Under the pieces are notes generated by a model. The model saw only the letters and a list, made by a program, of their open reading frames with translations. It was not told the origin of the DNA and made no database searches. A DNA stretch of 64,000 nucleotides, from the NCBI GenBank assembly GCA_965371725.1, contig CBDUZO010000002.1, positions 4,210-68,209 on the forward strand, read 5' to 3'. Within the stretch, counting starts at the first letter, position 1. Each line of letters begins with the position of its first letter. This document shows positions 54,058 to 64,000 of the stretch, piece by piece. A program made the position numbers and the translations under genes. Source of the stretch: an uncultured Phycisphaerales bacterium. GTDB lineage: Bacteria; Planctomycetota; Phycisphaerae; UBA1845.

Positions 54058-54167
54058 GCGGGTGCCTCGTCCTTTTCGTTAGAAAATGGGGAACGGATTG
54101 AGCAGCCGGAGAAATCACGAACAACCGTCCATCCTCCACCATTCGCTCCGCGAAGGATGGGGCACCC
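54058..54167. repeat. Inverted REP-like pair, same family as 61504-61753
   Basis: GGGTGCCTCGTCCTTTTCGTTAGAAAATGGGG ... CCATTCGCTCCGCGAAGGATGGGGCACCC. Confidence 0.65.
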
Positions 54168-54239
54168 ATACAGCTGGGAGGTCTATCCCTCACGCCTGTT
54201 CGGCGGACTGATAGGGGACAAGCGAACTTGCCGGGCCGG

Positions 54240-54887
54240 ATGACAATCCTTGGCACTTCCGTTGAGGGCCGGTCGATCGAGCTGTTTCGGCGGGGCTCGC
54301 CGCGCCACTCGACGGTCCTGGTGTTCGGCGGCTTTCACGGCGATGAGCCCAAAGGGGTTCACGTCGCGCGGAAGCTGATCGACCTTCTGCGTAACGAGCC
54401 AGGCGCGGGAGGTCGGACGCGTTGGATCGTCGTGCCCGTGGTCAATCCGGACGGCTATGCAAGGCGAAAAAGGCGCAACGCCAACCGTGTGGACATCAAC
54501 CGCAACTTCCCCACGAAAAACTGGCAACCAACGCCGATCAGAAGCCGAATGTACGGCGGCGACAGGCCCGGTAGTGAGCCCGAGACTCAAACGGCCATCG
54601 CCGTCATTCGGCGATACCGACCGTCCATGATCATCACGATTCACTCGATCAACGAGCACCGGCACTGCAACAATTACGATGGGCCCGCCCGTTCCCTTGC
54701 CATGAAAATGAGCCGGCGGAACGGGTATCCGGTGCGTTCGTCCATTGGCTACTCCACGCCCGGAAGCTTCGGCACCTGGGCGGGCGAAGAGCGGCGTATC
54801 CCCACCATCACCCTCGAGCTTCCGTCGCACCACTCCCCAAAACGTTGCTGGGAGGAGAACCTCGCGGCCTTGCTCCAGTCCGGTTGA
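54240..54887 (+). CDS. M14 zinc carboxypeptidase, murein peptide amidase MpaA-like
   Basis: GTSVEGR, GGFHGDEP, VNPDG, NANRVDINRNFP, SEPET, TPGSFG, ITLELP. Confidence 0.85.
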   Translation: MTILGTSVEGRSIELFRRGSPRHSTVLVFGGFHGDEPKGVHVARKLIDLLRNEPGAGGRTRWIVVPVVNPDGYARRKRRNANRVDINRNFPTKNWQPTPIRSRMYGGDRPGSEPETQTAIAVIRRYRPSMIITIHSINEHRHCNNYDGPARSLAMKMSRRNGYPVRSSIGYSTPGSFGTWAGEERRIPTITLELPSHHSPKRCWEENLAALLQSG

Positions 54888-55057
54888 GGCGAACCCGGCG
54901 ACGCGGATCGTAGCGGCTGCGCCCGGCTTGACTTTCGTCCTCGCTCTCGGTGTACTCGCCTGCTGGGATTCCCCGCGCACAACTTTCGTAACGCAGAGGG
55001 CGGAGCGACACCGCCTCGCGGGGCGGTCCGCGCAACGAAACGGACGGACTTCTCTTC

Positions 55058-56518
55058 ATGGTGGTAGGTGGTAGCGACAACACGGTATTGCAGTCCCGCC
55101 GGGATCGCCGGGCCGAACTGCGGAATGTGATCGCGATGTCCATTCCGGCGGTCATCACGACCGGGTCTCGCGCCGTGATGGACGTGGCTGACTACGTGAT
55201 GATCACGCAACTGCACGTGGACGCCGCCAAGGCGGCCATCCTGCCCGCCCAGATGTTCGTATGGACGTACATCATCATCGGAATGGGCATCGTATCGATG
55301 GTGAACACGTTCGCGGCTCAGTCACTCGGGCGGAAACGGTATCACGAGTGCAGCGCGTACGCCTGGCAAGGCCTGTACATCGCCGTGATCGTCGGTGTCA
55401 TCGCCTTGGCGTTTGACCCGCTGCTTCCGGAGCTTGTCCGCGCGGTCGGCCACGAAGCGGATGTGCAGGCGCTGGAACTGGCCTACGGGCGTGTGGCCAT
55501 GCTGACACCCGGACCGACGGTCGCCGCGCTCGGGCTCGGGTGGTTCTTCATCGGGGTTCATCGTCCCTGGATCACCGCATGGTCGGCCGTCGAGGCCAAC
55601 ATCGTGAACGTTGTGGTAAGCTTCGTGCTGATCTTCGGCCACCTCGGTTTCGAGCCGATGGGCATCGCCGGCGCGGCCTGGGGAACCCTGACGGGTGTCA
55701 GTTACCGCGCGGTCCGGCTCGCCCTGACGTTGGTCAGCCCCCCGATGGCAGAGGCGTTTGGCTCCCGCCGCACATGGCGCCCGTCGTGGGACAAGCTCAA
55801 GAGGCTGCTGCGAACGGGCATCCCCTGCGGTGTGCACTGGGTGTCGGAGCTGGTCGTGTGGACGCTCTTTGTGACCGTGCTGGTTGGAAGGAAGTTCGGA
55901 ACGGAGCACCTGGTGGCCACCAACACCGCCTGGCAGTACATGCGGATTGCGTTCGTACCGACCATCGGCATCGGCCAGGCCCTGACCGCCCTGGTCGGGA
56001 AGTCCATCGGCTCGGGGCACCCGCTCAGGGCGGTGCGGGAGGCGCGAATCATAGCGGTGATCACGCTCGTCTACATTGGCTCCCTATCGCTGGTGTACGT
56101 GCTGTTCGGGCGGGGGCTGATCGGTTTGTTCAACGACGAGCCGCTCGTCGTGACGGTCGGCGGGCACATCATGATCTGCCTGGCTGTATTCCAGGTGTTC
56201 GATACTCTGGGGATCATCTACAACTCGGCCCTTCGAGGCGCCGGCGACACGTTCGTCCCCTCGGTCTTCATCGTCGTCACCAACTGGATCGTCCTCGTCG
56301 GGATCGGCTGGTGGGTGGCGGAGACGTGTCCCGAGCTGGGCAGCCTTGGACCTTGGATGGTGGCTTCGGTGTTGCTCATGTTCACCGGCGTATTCCTCTG
56401 GTGGCGGTGGCATGGCCAAGCCTGGATGAGGATCGACCTGTTCACAGGTACTCGTCCGCCGAAACCCGCCGCCGGGAAGAGCGAAGAACCGACAGCCACA
56501 ACGGTCTCCAATCCGTAG
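55058..56518 (+). CDS. MATE family efflux transporter
   Basis: About 12 TM helices, MGIAGAAWGT, ALRGAGDT. Confidence 0.9.
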   Translation: MVVGGSDNTVLQSRRDRRAELRNVIAMSIPAVITTGSRAVMDVADYVMITQLHVDAAKAAILPAQMFVWTYIIIGMGIVSMVNTFAAQSLGRKRYHECSAYAWQGLYIAVIVGVIALAFDPLLPELVRAVGHEADVQALELAYGRVAMLTPGPTVAALGLGWFFIGVHRPWITAWSAVEANIVNVVVSFVLIFGHLGFEPMGIAGAAWGTLTGVSYRAVRLALTLVSPPMAEAFGSRRTWRPSWDKLKRLLRTGIPCGVHWVSELVVWTLFVTVLVGRKFGTEHLVATNTAWQYMRIAFVPTIGIGQALTALVGKSIGSGHPLRAVREARIIAVITLVYIGSLSLVYVLFGRGLIGLFNDEPLVVTVGGHIMICLAVFQVFDTLGIIYNSALRGAGDTFVPSVFIVVTNWIVLVGIGWWVAETCPELGSLGPWMVASVLLMFTGVFLWWRWHGQAWMRIDLFTGTRPPKPAAGKSEEPTATTVSNP

Positions 56519-56648
56519 AGCGGTTCTGGTGGTAACGTAGCGAGCCGCGGACTGCCGCAAGGCGGCTTTGCCGCGTCCGCGCGGGTGTCCCGTGTGCTAC
56601 AGCCATTCCCCAGCCTGAAACCGCTACACGAACGCCGAAACTGCTCCA
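56516..56648. mobile_element. ~133-bp TAGAGC-ended element carrying the 46-bp REP-like core
   Basis: TAGAGCGGTTCTGG / CCGAAACTGCTCCA ends; GTAG plus core at 56537-56585. Confidence 0.6.
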
Positions 56649-56650
56649 GT

Positions 56651-56766
56651 AGCCCGTTGAAGAATGTAGCGCCGCCCCTTGTGGGCGACGAGCAACCGTA
56701 CTGGGCGCCACCCACAAGGGGTAGCGCTACACCGGAGCGATCCGACACGAGCTCTTCAACAGGCTG
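56651..56766. mobile_element. IR-bounded element containing an inverted GTAG-REP pair
   Basis: AGCCCGTTGAAGA / TCTTCAACAGGCT ends; GTAGCGCCGCCCCTTGTGGGCG..CCCACAAGGGGTAGCGCTAC. Confidence 0.65.
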
Positions 56767-56891
56767 CCAGACGACCGTGGATGACGGACTCCCTTGCGTA
56801 TCAGGGAAGTACAGGTCAATATGCCCACCGGTGAATTGGTCGCGCGGAAGTCCCGCGAGGGTCAATACTTCGGATCCCTTGAAGCGATACC

Positions 56892-57509
56892 ATGCCAAGA
56901 CCACCCTTGCGACTCGCGGTCCTGCTCTCCGGCGGCGGCCGCACGCTGGTCAATCTGCAAAGGCATATTACTGACGGCAAGCTGAATGCACGCATCGACA
57001 TGGTGGTCAGTAGCCGTAGCGATGTGAAAGGCGTAGGCAGGTCGCGCGACCTGGGGCTGCCTACCGTCATCATCGAGAGAAAGAGCCTTACGCACGACGC
57101 GTTTGAGCAAGCGATCACCGAGACCGTCGGTAATGCCGACCTGGTCTGCATGGCCGGGTTTCTGTCACTGTGGCACATTCCGGACCGGCTCGCGGGACGC
57201 GTCATCAATATCCACCCGGCGCTGCTCCCGGAATTCGGCGGCAAGGGGATGTACGGTCACCACGTACACGAAGCCGTTCTCGCCGCGGGCCGGACCGAGA
57301 GCGGTTGTACCGTTCACTTCTGCGATAACCAGTATGACCACGGCCCCATCATCCTCCAGCGTAAGGTGCCGGTGAGACCGGATGACACCGCGGACGACCT
57401 GGCTGCCAGGGTTTTCGAGCAGGAGTGCATCGCCTATCCGGAGGCGGTACGACTGTTCTGTGAGGACCGCATCCGGCTTGTGGATGGACACGTAATCATC
57501 TCGGACTGA
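56892..57509 (+). CDS. purN: Phosphoribosylglycinamide formyltransferase
   Basis: LLSGGGRTL, INIHPALLP, SGCTVHF..YDHGPII. Confidence 0.95.
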   Translation: MPRPPLRLAVLLSGGGRTLVNLQRHITDGKLNARIDMVVSSRSDVKGVGRSRDLGLPTVIIERKSLTHDAFEQAITETVGNADLVCMAGFLSLWHIPDRLAGRVINIHPALLPEFGGKGMYGHHVHEAVLAAGRTESGCTVHFCDNQYDHGPIILQRKVPVRPDDTADDLAARVFEQECIAYPEAVRLFCEDRIRLVDGHVIISD

Positions 57510-57528
57510 ACGCGCCGACCGATTCTTC

Positions 57529-57819
57529 TCAAAACGCGATGTCGAAGGTCGTGAACTCCCCCGTGGCGGGCGCGGTCTCGACGTCGGTGTCGGAGATGTA
57601 ACCACTCATCCGGTCCTGGACGGCTCGGACGAAACGATCGATCTCATCCGCAGCGCCCTCGGCAACCATCTTGACGCGGCCGTCGCGCAGGTTCCTGACA
57701 TGCCCGGTCACCTCGAAGCCGGACGCTACGTGGTGCGTGGTATAGCGAAACCCGACACCTTGCACCGTACCCGTGAAGTGCATGGTTCGCCTGACCGTTC
57801 TGGAGAGCGTCTCACTCAT
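57529..57819 (-). CDS. Acylphosphatase
   Basis: GTVQGVGFR, GHVRNLRDGRV. Confidence 0.93.
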   Translation of the reverse strand: MSETLSRTVRRTMHFTGTVQGVGFRYTTHHVASGFEVTGHVRNLRDGRVKMVAEGAADEIDRFVRAVQDRMSGYISDTDVETAPATGEFTTFDIAF

Positions 57820-58265
57820 GACGATCCGCCGCTCGGGTTGCGATACTTGACCAGATAGACCTCGCAACCGTGATCACGATACCGGACCTCGTCCATGTAC
57901 GCGCACATGAGCATGATCCCACGCCCGCTCGGCAGCGGCAGGCGGTCGGGCGATGTCGGATCAGGAACGGTGTCGGGACGAAACCCACAACCTTCATCGC
58001 GGATGATGATGACAGCCCGCTCGTCGTTGACGTGGTAGCGTACGGCGATGTTCTTTGAGCAGTCGCACTTGTTGCCGTGCTTAACTGCGTTACTCAGGGC
58101 TTCTTCGAGGGCCAGCTTGACGGCGAAAACCGACTCCTCACTGAACCGGAAACGCGCGAGTTCATCGAGGACAGCCTGCTTGGGGACGTCAATCTGCTCC
58201 GGTTCGCTTGGTATGACGCAAACCTTGAAGTTCTTCGCCTCGTTGTCCGGATCGACCTGAGTCAT
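57816..58265 (-). CDS. Anti-sigma factor / Ser kinase (RsbW-like HATPase)
   Basis: EEALSNAVKHGN, DEGCGF, GRGIMLM. Confidence 0.9.
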   Translation of the reverse strand: MTQVDPDNEAKNFKVCVIPSEPEQIDVPKQAVLDELARFRFSEESVFAVKLALEEALSNAVKHGNKCDCSKNIAVRYHVNDERAVIIIRDEGCGFRPDTVPDPTSPDRLPLPSGRGIMLMCAYMDEVRYRDHGCEVYLVKYRNPSGGSS

Positions 58266-58362
58266 GTCGCCCCCGGGTGATTCGCCGACCGGGGCAGCAT
58301 CCCTGATGGTTCAGCCGGATCGGCACGTCCGGCGTATCGCGGCCCGGGCGGTAAAGAACAAC

Positions 58363-58722
58363 CTAAAAGGCCGCCAGCGCCGCCTTCCTCGTTTCATGAA
58401 TGTCAAACAGCTTGTTCAGCCGCGTGATCTTAAAAACCTCGTAGATTTGCGGCGTGATGTCCGACAGTCTGAGCGTCCCCTTCGTTTCCTTGACCTTGTT
58501 ATTCAGCTTTATCAACATACTCAGAGCTGCACTGGAAAGATGCTCTACATTGGAGAAGCTCAGGAGCATCTTGATCTCCGGAGTCTCGTGGATCAGCCGT
58601 ACCAGCTCTTCGGTGATCTCGGCAATCGATAGCTCCTCCAGAATCTTGCGGTCGGCAAACTCGATGGTGGTTACGCCGCCGGACTCGATCACGGTCAGGT
58701 GTGGTTGTGCTGATTCTGTCAT
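58363..58722 (-). CDS. STAS domain anti-anti-sigma factor
   Basis: FSNVEHLSSAAL, IYEVFKITRL; AGGAG RBS. Confidence 0.9.
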   Translation of the reverse strand: MTESAQPHLTVIESGGVTTIEFADRKILEELSIAEITEELVRLIHETPEIKMLLSFSNVEHLSSAALSMLIKLNNKVKETKGTLRLSDITPQIYEVFKITRLNKLFDIHETRKAALAAF

Positions 58723-58958
58723 GGGGCGTTGCTCCTGCCAGAGGCTCAAACCAGGCGGACGTAGCTCTCGACGTTCCGCCGGCAACCAAAGAGCAGCTTA
58801 CGCTTGGCGGGGTGGGTGTCAAGGTTGAACGAACGGCGCGCGGCGTGATCCGACGCGCCTTGCGGGCGAGCCCAGCCGGCGCTATAAGGGTCACCGGGCC
58901 GGCGGCTCCGGGCTCGCAGCGAGGCTGTCACCGGTTCCCGTTCCGGACGAAGCATCCA

Positions 58959-59876
58959 ATGCGACAACGATTCCATGTGATACTGATCGCGGCTGTCGTC
59001 GTGCTCGCCGCGCCCGATCTTGCCCTGGCGTGGGGTCCGGCAGTTCATGTAGGGCTCGGCAGCACGATGCTGGAACACCTATCCCTCCTGCCCGCCGCTG
59101 TCGCGGCCATCCTCGCCCGGCACCGCATCGCCTACCTCTACGGCAACATCGCAGCCGACATCGTCTTTGCCAAGCGTCTAAGCCGGATCAAGCAGTTCTG
59201 CCATCACTGGTCGACGGCGTTCCGGCTGCTCGATAGCGCTCGCGACGACCAGGCCAAAGCGTTCGCCCAAGGTTATCTTTCACATCTCGCGGCAGACAGC
59301 GTGGCGCACGGCAAGTACGTGCCGCGGCAGATTGTGATGAGTGGTTGCTCGGTCAACTTCGGCCATTTCTACTGGGAGCTTCGCGCGGACACGGCTGAAC
59401 ATGCGAGCACATGGGATCTGCTGGAACGCGTGCTCGATGAGCGACACGGTCATCATCACCTGGAGCTGGAACACCATATGACCGATACGCTGCTGCCTTA
59501 CGATCTGAACCGTCTGCTGTTCGACCGTATGCACAGCCTGACCATGCGTAAAAGCATCCGCAGGACCATGCACCTGTGGAACCGGTGCTCGCGCCGGGAC
59601 TTGTCGGCGGGGATGCTGGAAAGTTATCGTCGGGAATGTCTCGAACGCATGGTGGCGGTCCTGTCACAGGGGCGGCGGGCACAGGTGCTCAGGGAGGACC
59701 CGAACGGAACCTCGTCGTTGATGCAACTGCGTGTGCGACGGCGAGAGATGCGGCGGCTCAAGCGGCGCGGTCTGCCCGTTAGACAAAGGCTGCACGAAGC
59801 ATCAAACTCGCTCAACCCCAGTCCGACGCGCGAATCGCCTCACGACGTGGACGCGGTTCGTGAGGGCTCGAGATGA
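58959..59876 (+). CDS. Zinc-dependent phospholipase C family protein
   Basis: Signal peptide then WGPAVH, GNIAAD, GYLSHLAADSVAH, GHFYWE. Confidence 0.82.
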   Translation: MRQRFHVILIAAVVVLAAPDLALAWGPAVHVGLGSTMLEHLSLLPAAVAAILARHRIAYLYGNIAADIVFAKRLSRIKQFCHHWSTAFRLLDSARDDQAKAFAQGYLSHLAADSVAHGKYVPRQIVMSGCSVNFGHFYWELRADTAEHASTWDLLERVLDERHGHHHLELEHHMTDTLLPYDLNRLLFDRMHSLTMRKSIRRTMHLWNRCSRRDLSAGMLESYRRECLERMVAVLSQGRRAQVLREDPNGTSSLMQLRVRRREMRRLKRRGLPVRQRLHEASNSLNPSPTRESPHDVDAVREGSR

Positions 59877-60811
59877 ACGTCGCGCTGATCGGCGCTGTCA
59901 GTTCCAGCTATCACGCGCTCGACGCCCTGATTGCTGCGGGCGGCGTTGAAATGACCGGCGTCCTTGGGCTGGATCGATCACAGGCTGATCGCGCGAACGA
60001 TTATCACGATCTGGAACCGCTCGCTCGGTCGGCGCGTATTCCGTTCCAATCCTTCGTCAACGTCAATGAGCCGGCGGTTAGCGGGTTTCTGCGAGCAAGA
60101 GCGCCGGATCTGCTATGGGTTATCGGCTTGTCGCAACTTGTCCCCGACAGCCTCATCTCGATCGCCGGGAGCGGCGGGATCGGATTTCACCCGACCATGC
60201 TCCCACGCGGACGCGGGCGGGCTCCGGTCGCTTGGACAATCATCCTCGGCGAGCGGGCGGCGGTCAGCCTGTTCTTCCTCTCCGACCTGGCGGATAGCGG
60301 CGATATCATCCTGCAACGCGAGGTTTCCACCCTTCCCGATGACTACTCCTGCGACCTGATCGCGCGAACGAACGATACGCTTCGCGCCGCGATCGCGGAA
60401 CTCGCCCCGAGGATCAAGGCGGGCAACCTCCCCAGAACGCCGCAGGACCACGACAAAGCCACGCACTACGCGAAACGCACGCCCGCGGACGGGCTGATCC
60501 ACTGGTCGTGGACGACGGACAGGATTTACCGCTTGATCCGGGCAGCCGGTCGGCCCTACCCGGGTGCGTTCACGTTCCACGGCGGGCGTAAGGTAACGGT
60601 CTGGCGCGGTCGACCCGCGCGTAACGATGAGATGGATCAAGGGTCGCTGAGCGCCGAGGCGGGCACAATCGTGAAGACCGATCCGGGGTGCGGAGTCCTG
60701 GTGCGTACCGGCGATGCCGGACTCCGGCTGACCGCGGTGGAAGGGATTCGCCTGGACGAGCTTCGCCCGGGAGTCAGACTGACCGTCCAGCCGGAAACGA
60801 TGGGAGGTTGA
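59873..60811 (+). CDS. Formyltransferase (Fmt/ArnA-like, probably sugar N-formyltransferase)
   Basis: GFHPTMLPRGRGRAP, ADSGDI, IRA..PYPGAF. Confidence 0.85.
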   Translation: MNVALIGAVSSSYHALDALIAAGGVEMTGVLGLDRSQADRANDYHDLEPLARSARIPFQSFVNVNEPAVSGFLRARAPDLLWVIGLSQLVPDSLISIAGSGGIGFHPTMLPRGRGRAPVAWTIILGERAAVSLFFLSDLADSGDIILQREVSTLPDDYSCDLIARTNDTLRAAIAELAPRIKAGNLPRTPQDHDKATHYAKRTPADGLIHWSWTTDRIYRLIRAAGRPYPGAFTFHGGRKVTVWRGRPARNDEMDQGSLSAEAGTIVKTDPGCGVLVRTGDAGLRLTAVEGIRLDELRPGVRLTVQPETMGG

Positions 60812-60814
60812 GGA

Positions 60815-61483
60815 ATGGCTGATGTTCTTGTCGTGGCACCGCACCCCGATGACGAAGTGCTCGGGGTCGGCGGATCCATTCTCAGACACCTCGACCGCGG
60901 CGATGCGGTCCATGTGGTGATCTGCACGCGCGGCGAGGACTCGCGCTTCGGCGCCGAGCAGGTCGAGCGCGTTCAGGCGGAAGCGAGGCAGGTGCACACG
61001 TTCCTCGGCGTCACCGGGTCGCACTTCCTCGACCTGCCGGCAGCCCGCCTCGACACAATCCCCATCTGCGACGTCAACGACGCCTTGAAGGGCGTGTTCG
61101 AACAGGTCAAGCCCGAGATCGTCTACGTCCCACACATGGGTGACCTGCACCGTGATCATCAGGTCATCTTCGAGGCCGCGATGGTCTGTGCCCGACCGAC
61201 GGGTGGCAACGGCCCCAAACGCATCCTCGCCTGTGAGACCGTGTCCGAAACGGATTGGCATGCCGCGCCCGTGACACCACCGTTTGTGCCAAACATTTAC
61301 GTGGACATCTCCGAACACATCGAGAGAAAGCTCGAAGCCTGCGCGATGTACGCGTCGCAGATTCGGCCCGCTCCGCAGCAACGCTCGATCGAGGCGATTC
61401 GAGCCCTGAGCGTCACCCGCGGCCACACCGTGGGTTTGGGCCACGCCGAAGCGTTCACACTTATACGGGAAATCGCTGTGTGA
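60815..61483 (+). CDS. PIG-L/LmbE family deacetylase
   Basis: APHPDDEVLG, DLHRDH, YASQ, AEAF. Confidence 0.92.
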   Translation: MADVLVVAPHPDDEVLGVGGSILRHLDRGDAVHVVICTRGEDSRFGAEQVERVQAEARQVHTFLGVTGSHFLDLPAARLDTIPICDVNDALKGVFEQVKPEIVYVPHMGDLHRDHQVIFEAAMVCARPTGGNGPKRILACETVSETDWHAAPVTPPFVPNIYVDISEHIERKLEACAMYASQIRPAPQQRSIEAIRALSVTRGHTVGLGHAEAFTLIREIAV

Positions 61484-61503
61484 ACCGCACATCGGGAGGG
61501 CGG

Positions 61504-61753
61504 CGGGTGCCCCATTCTTTTCGTTAGAAAAGGGTGGGGAATGGATTGAGCAAGTAGGGTGGGCACCGCCCACCAAAAACATCGCCGCGCGGGTGCCCCG
61601 TCCTTTTCGTTAGAAAAGGGTGGGGAACAGATCGAGCAGCCGAAAACATCTCGAACAGCTGCCCGTCCCCCACCCTTCGCTTCGCGAAGAATGGGACACC
61701 AATGCGTTCGTCCCCCACCCTTCGCTTCGCGAAGGACGGGGCACCAATGCGTT
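61504..61753. repeat. Cluster of REP-like palindromes including a 45-bp tandem duplication
   Basis: Two GGGTGCCCC..CTTTTCGTTAGAAAAGGGTGGGGAA copies, a GTAGGGTGGGCACCGCCCACC unit, and 61664-61708 repeated at 61709-61753. Confidence 0.8.
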
Positions 61754-62042
61754 GTGAGAAACCACAGCCAGGACACGAGTCAGCCCGATAACACAGGGGT
61801 TTACGCGCTTTCACTCGCTGCGCCGACGCCTGTGAAATTTGCCGCGCCAGGCTGCGTCCACCGTCACCGGGCTCCCTTCCACCTCCACACGTAGAAACCG
61901 AAAGGCCGGCTGACAGTGTGCCGATAATCCATCGGTAGCGGTACTCATGTTGCAGAGGGCGCGATCGGCCTATAATATAGAAGAGGTTTCATGGTGGGTT
62001 CGATGCGCTTTGGCATATCGAGCAATCAAGGAGGAAAGTGTC

Positions 62043-63314
62043 GTGACACAAAGCACTGAGTGGAGCACACGGCCGCAAACCGCAGCCTTGCCGCTGTTCA
62101 CATCGGAATCGGTTTCGATGGGGCATCCGGACAAAGTGGCGGACCAGATATCCGATGCGCTGCTCGACAGCCTTCTCGAACACGATCCTCTCGCGCGAAC
62201 CGCCATCGAGACGCTCGTGACGACCGGTCTGGTCGTGGTCGCCGGAGAGGTGACGGTCCACAACGAAGCCGCCGCCGACGCGCTCGGGCGGGCCGAGGAC
62301 ACCATCCGTGAAACCATCCGAAGAATCGGATATACCGACCCCAACGCGGGGTTCGACTTCCGAAGCTGCGGCGTGTTGCGCGCCATCCATCGGCAGTCAC
62401 CCGACATCAGTCAGGGTGTGACGGTCGGCGAGGGGCTGCACAACGAACAGGGCGCCGGCGACCAGGGCATGATGTTCGGGTATGCTTGCGACGAAACCAA
62501 GTCCTTCATGCCGCTCCCGATCGAACTGTCGCACCGGATCGTTGAGCGCCTTGCCAAGTTGCGCGAGTCCGGCGCGATCGGTTGGCTTCGCCCAGACGCA
62601 AAGTCCCAGGTCACGGTCGAGTATGACAATAACGGAAAGCCATCGGGCCTTCATACGATCATCGTCTCCACACAGCACACCGAGGAGGTTACCGACTCTG
62701 ATACGGGCGGCAGGCTGATGAGCAAGGACGCCCAGACCCAGATTCGCGAGCAGGTCATCAAACCGGTGATCGAGCGGGAGTGCCCCCAGTTCTGGTCGGA
62801 CGACATTACGATCCACATCAACCCGACCGGACGTTTCGTCATCGGCGGTCCACACGGCGACACGGGCCTGACCGGGCGCAAGATCATCGTGGACACCTAC
62901 GGCGGGCGAGGACGCCACGGCGGCGGGGCGTTTTCCGGCAAGGACCCGACCAAGGTGGATCGTTCCGCCACCTACATGGCCAGGCACATTGCCAAGAACA
63001 TCGTCGCCGCCGGACTGGCGAGGGAGTGCGAGGTGCAGCTCGCCTACGCCATCGGCATCGCCGAACCGGTCAGTGTCAACATCAACACCTTCGGAACCAG
63101 CGAGGTCGACACAGCCCAGCTCGAACGGATCGTCCGAGAGATCTTCCCGCTCAAACCCGGCGAGATCATCGTCTATCTCGACATGCGCCAACCGATCTAC
63201 TTCGAGACCGCACGTCACGGGCACTTCGGACGAGAGAACATGGGCTTTGCCTGGGAGAAGGTCAACCAGGTGAAAGCACTTCAGTCAGCCGTCAAGGTGG
63301 CTGAGGTCGTGTAG
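62043..63314 (+). CDS. metK: S-adenosylmethionine synthetase
   Basis: [40 protein letters not shown]; GGAGG RBS before GTG. Confidence 0.97.
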   Translation: MTQSTEWSTRPQTAALPLFTSESVSMGHPDKVADQISDALLDSLLEHDPLARTAIETLVTTGLVVVAGEVTVHNEAAADALGRAEDTIRETIRRIGYTDPNAGFDFRSCGVLRAIHRQSPDISQGVTVGEGLHNEQGAGDQGMMFGYACDETKSFMPLPIELSHRIVERLAKLRESGAIGWLRPDAKSQVTVEYDNNGKPSGLHTIIVSTQHTEEVTDSDTGGRLMSKDAQTQIREQVIKPVIERECPQFWSDDITIHINPTGRFVIGGPHGDTGLTGRKIIVDTYGGRGRHGGGAFSGKDPTKVDRSATYMARHIAKNIVAAGLARECEVQLAYAIGIAEPVSVNINTFGTSEVDTAQLERIVREIFPLKPGEIIVYLDMRQPIYFETARHGHFGRENMGFAWEKVNQVKALQSAVKVAEVV

Positions 63315-63446
63315 ACACGGGCGCACCGCATACGGGAAGGCCGTCGGCGAGACATGGAACGCTCACGGCGCACGGTTTGCCCCGCTTGCAGATGGTACGT
63401 GCCCGGTGCCCCGCGCATGGTAGGCGTATCGACGACCACCTGCCGA

Positions 63447-64000
63447 TTACTTCCCGGTCAGGCATTTGACGGCTTCTCGATATTTGGCGGCTGTGTTCTC
63501 GACAATCTCCCGCGGGAGCTCCGGTCCGGGCGGGGTCTTGTTCCACTTGCCGGCTTCGATCAGTGTGGTGAGATAGTTGCGGACGTACTGCTTGTCGAAG
63601 CTCTCCTGGTCCCGTCCGGGCTCATAGGAACCAACCGGCCAGAACCGCGAGGAGTCGGGTGTCAGCACCTCGTCAATCAGCAGATACTCGCCGTCGCACA
63701 CACCCCACTCGAACTTCGTGTCGGCGATAATCAGACCACGGTCGATGGCATACTCCGCCGCCTTGTTGTACAGCTCGATGCTGCGGTCGCGCAGGGTCTT
63801 CATGCAGCTCTCGCCGGCGAGCTCGCACGCCCGTTCGAACGAGATGTTCTCGTCATGGCCCACATCCGCCTTGGTGGCCGGAGTGAAAATCGGCGATGGA
63901 AGCTTATCGCATTGCGCAAGCCCACCCGGCAGCTCGACACCGCAGACCGATCCCGTTCGCTGGTAATCCTTCCAGCCGGACCCGGCGAGGTATCCGCGCA
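63447..64000 (-). CDS. purC: SAICAR synthase (5' part outside the window)
   Basis: PIFTPATK..GHDENI, IADTKFEWG, DEVLTPDSSRFW, SFDKQYVR. Confidence 0.93.
   Translation of the reverse strand, partial: RGYLAGSGWKDYQRTGSVCGVELPGGLAQCDKLPSPIFTPATKADVGHDENISFERACELAGESCMKTLRDRSIELYNKAAEYAIDRGLIIADTKFEWGVCDGEYLLIDEVLTPDSSRFWPVGSYEPGRDQESFDKQYVRNYLTTLIEAGKWNKTPPGPELPREIVENTAAKYREAVKCLTGK

Noticed and set aside
61504-61753. CRISPR array
   Set aside because: Repeats are mixed in orientation, irregularly spaced, dispersed elsewhere in the window, and there are no cas genes.
61780-62042. SAM riboswitch upstream of metK
   Set aside because: No SAM-I or SAM-II consensus elements recognisable by eye; an Rfam scan would settle it.

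Overview
GC-rich bacterial chromosome segment, most consistent with Planctomycetota, probably Phycisphaerae (inferred from the groEL-groES-groEL-dnaJ-grpE-FmdB-yacG cluster, a DUF1559-like prepilin gene, a TMTC-like TPR glycosyltransferase and many palindromic intergenic repeats). Most of it is housekeeping: tnaA, der, rarA, glmS, chaperones, dacB, putA, addA, purN, metK and a partial purC. Four things stand out. (1) A DUF1573-type secreted gene is split by an in-frame UGA at the Cys-motif position and followed by a SECIS-like hairpin, so it is a candidate selenoprotein. (2) A DUF1702 (enediyne E3/UnbL-like)-ACP-KS-KS operon has no enediyne PKS in the window, and its KS pair is bracketed by two inverted copies of a CTAG-bounded MITE. 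(3) tRNA-Asn is followed by a small GIY-YIG nuclease whose 3' end runs into a second, palindrome-disrupted tRNA copy, then by an island-like stretch (P-loop NTPase, TruD and NhaR fragments, IS200 remnant). (4) One ~46-bp REP-like core recurs four times, each inside its own ~130-bp inverted-repeat envelope. All product calls come from motif recognition by eye, not database searches.
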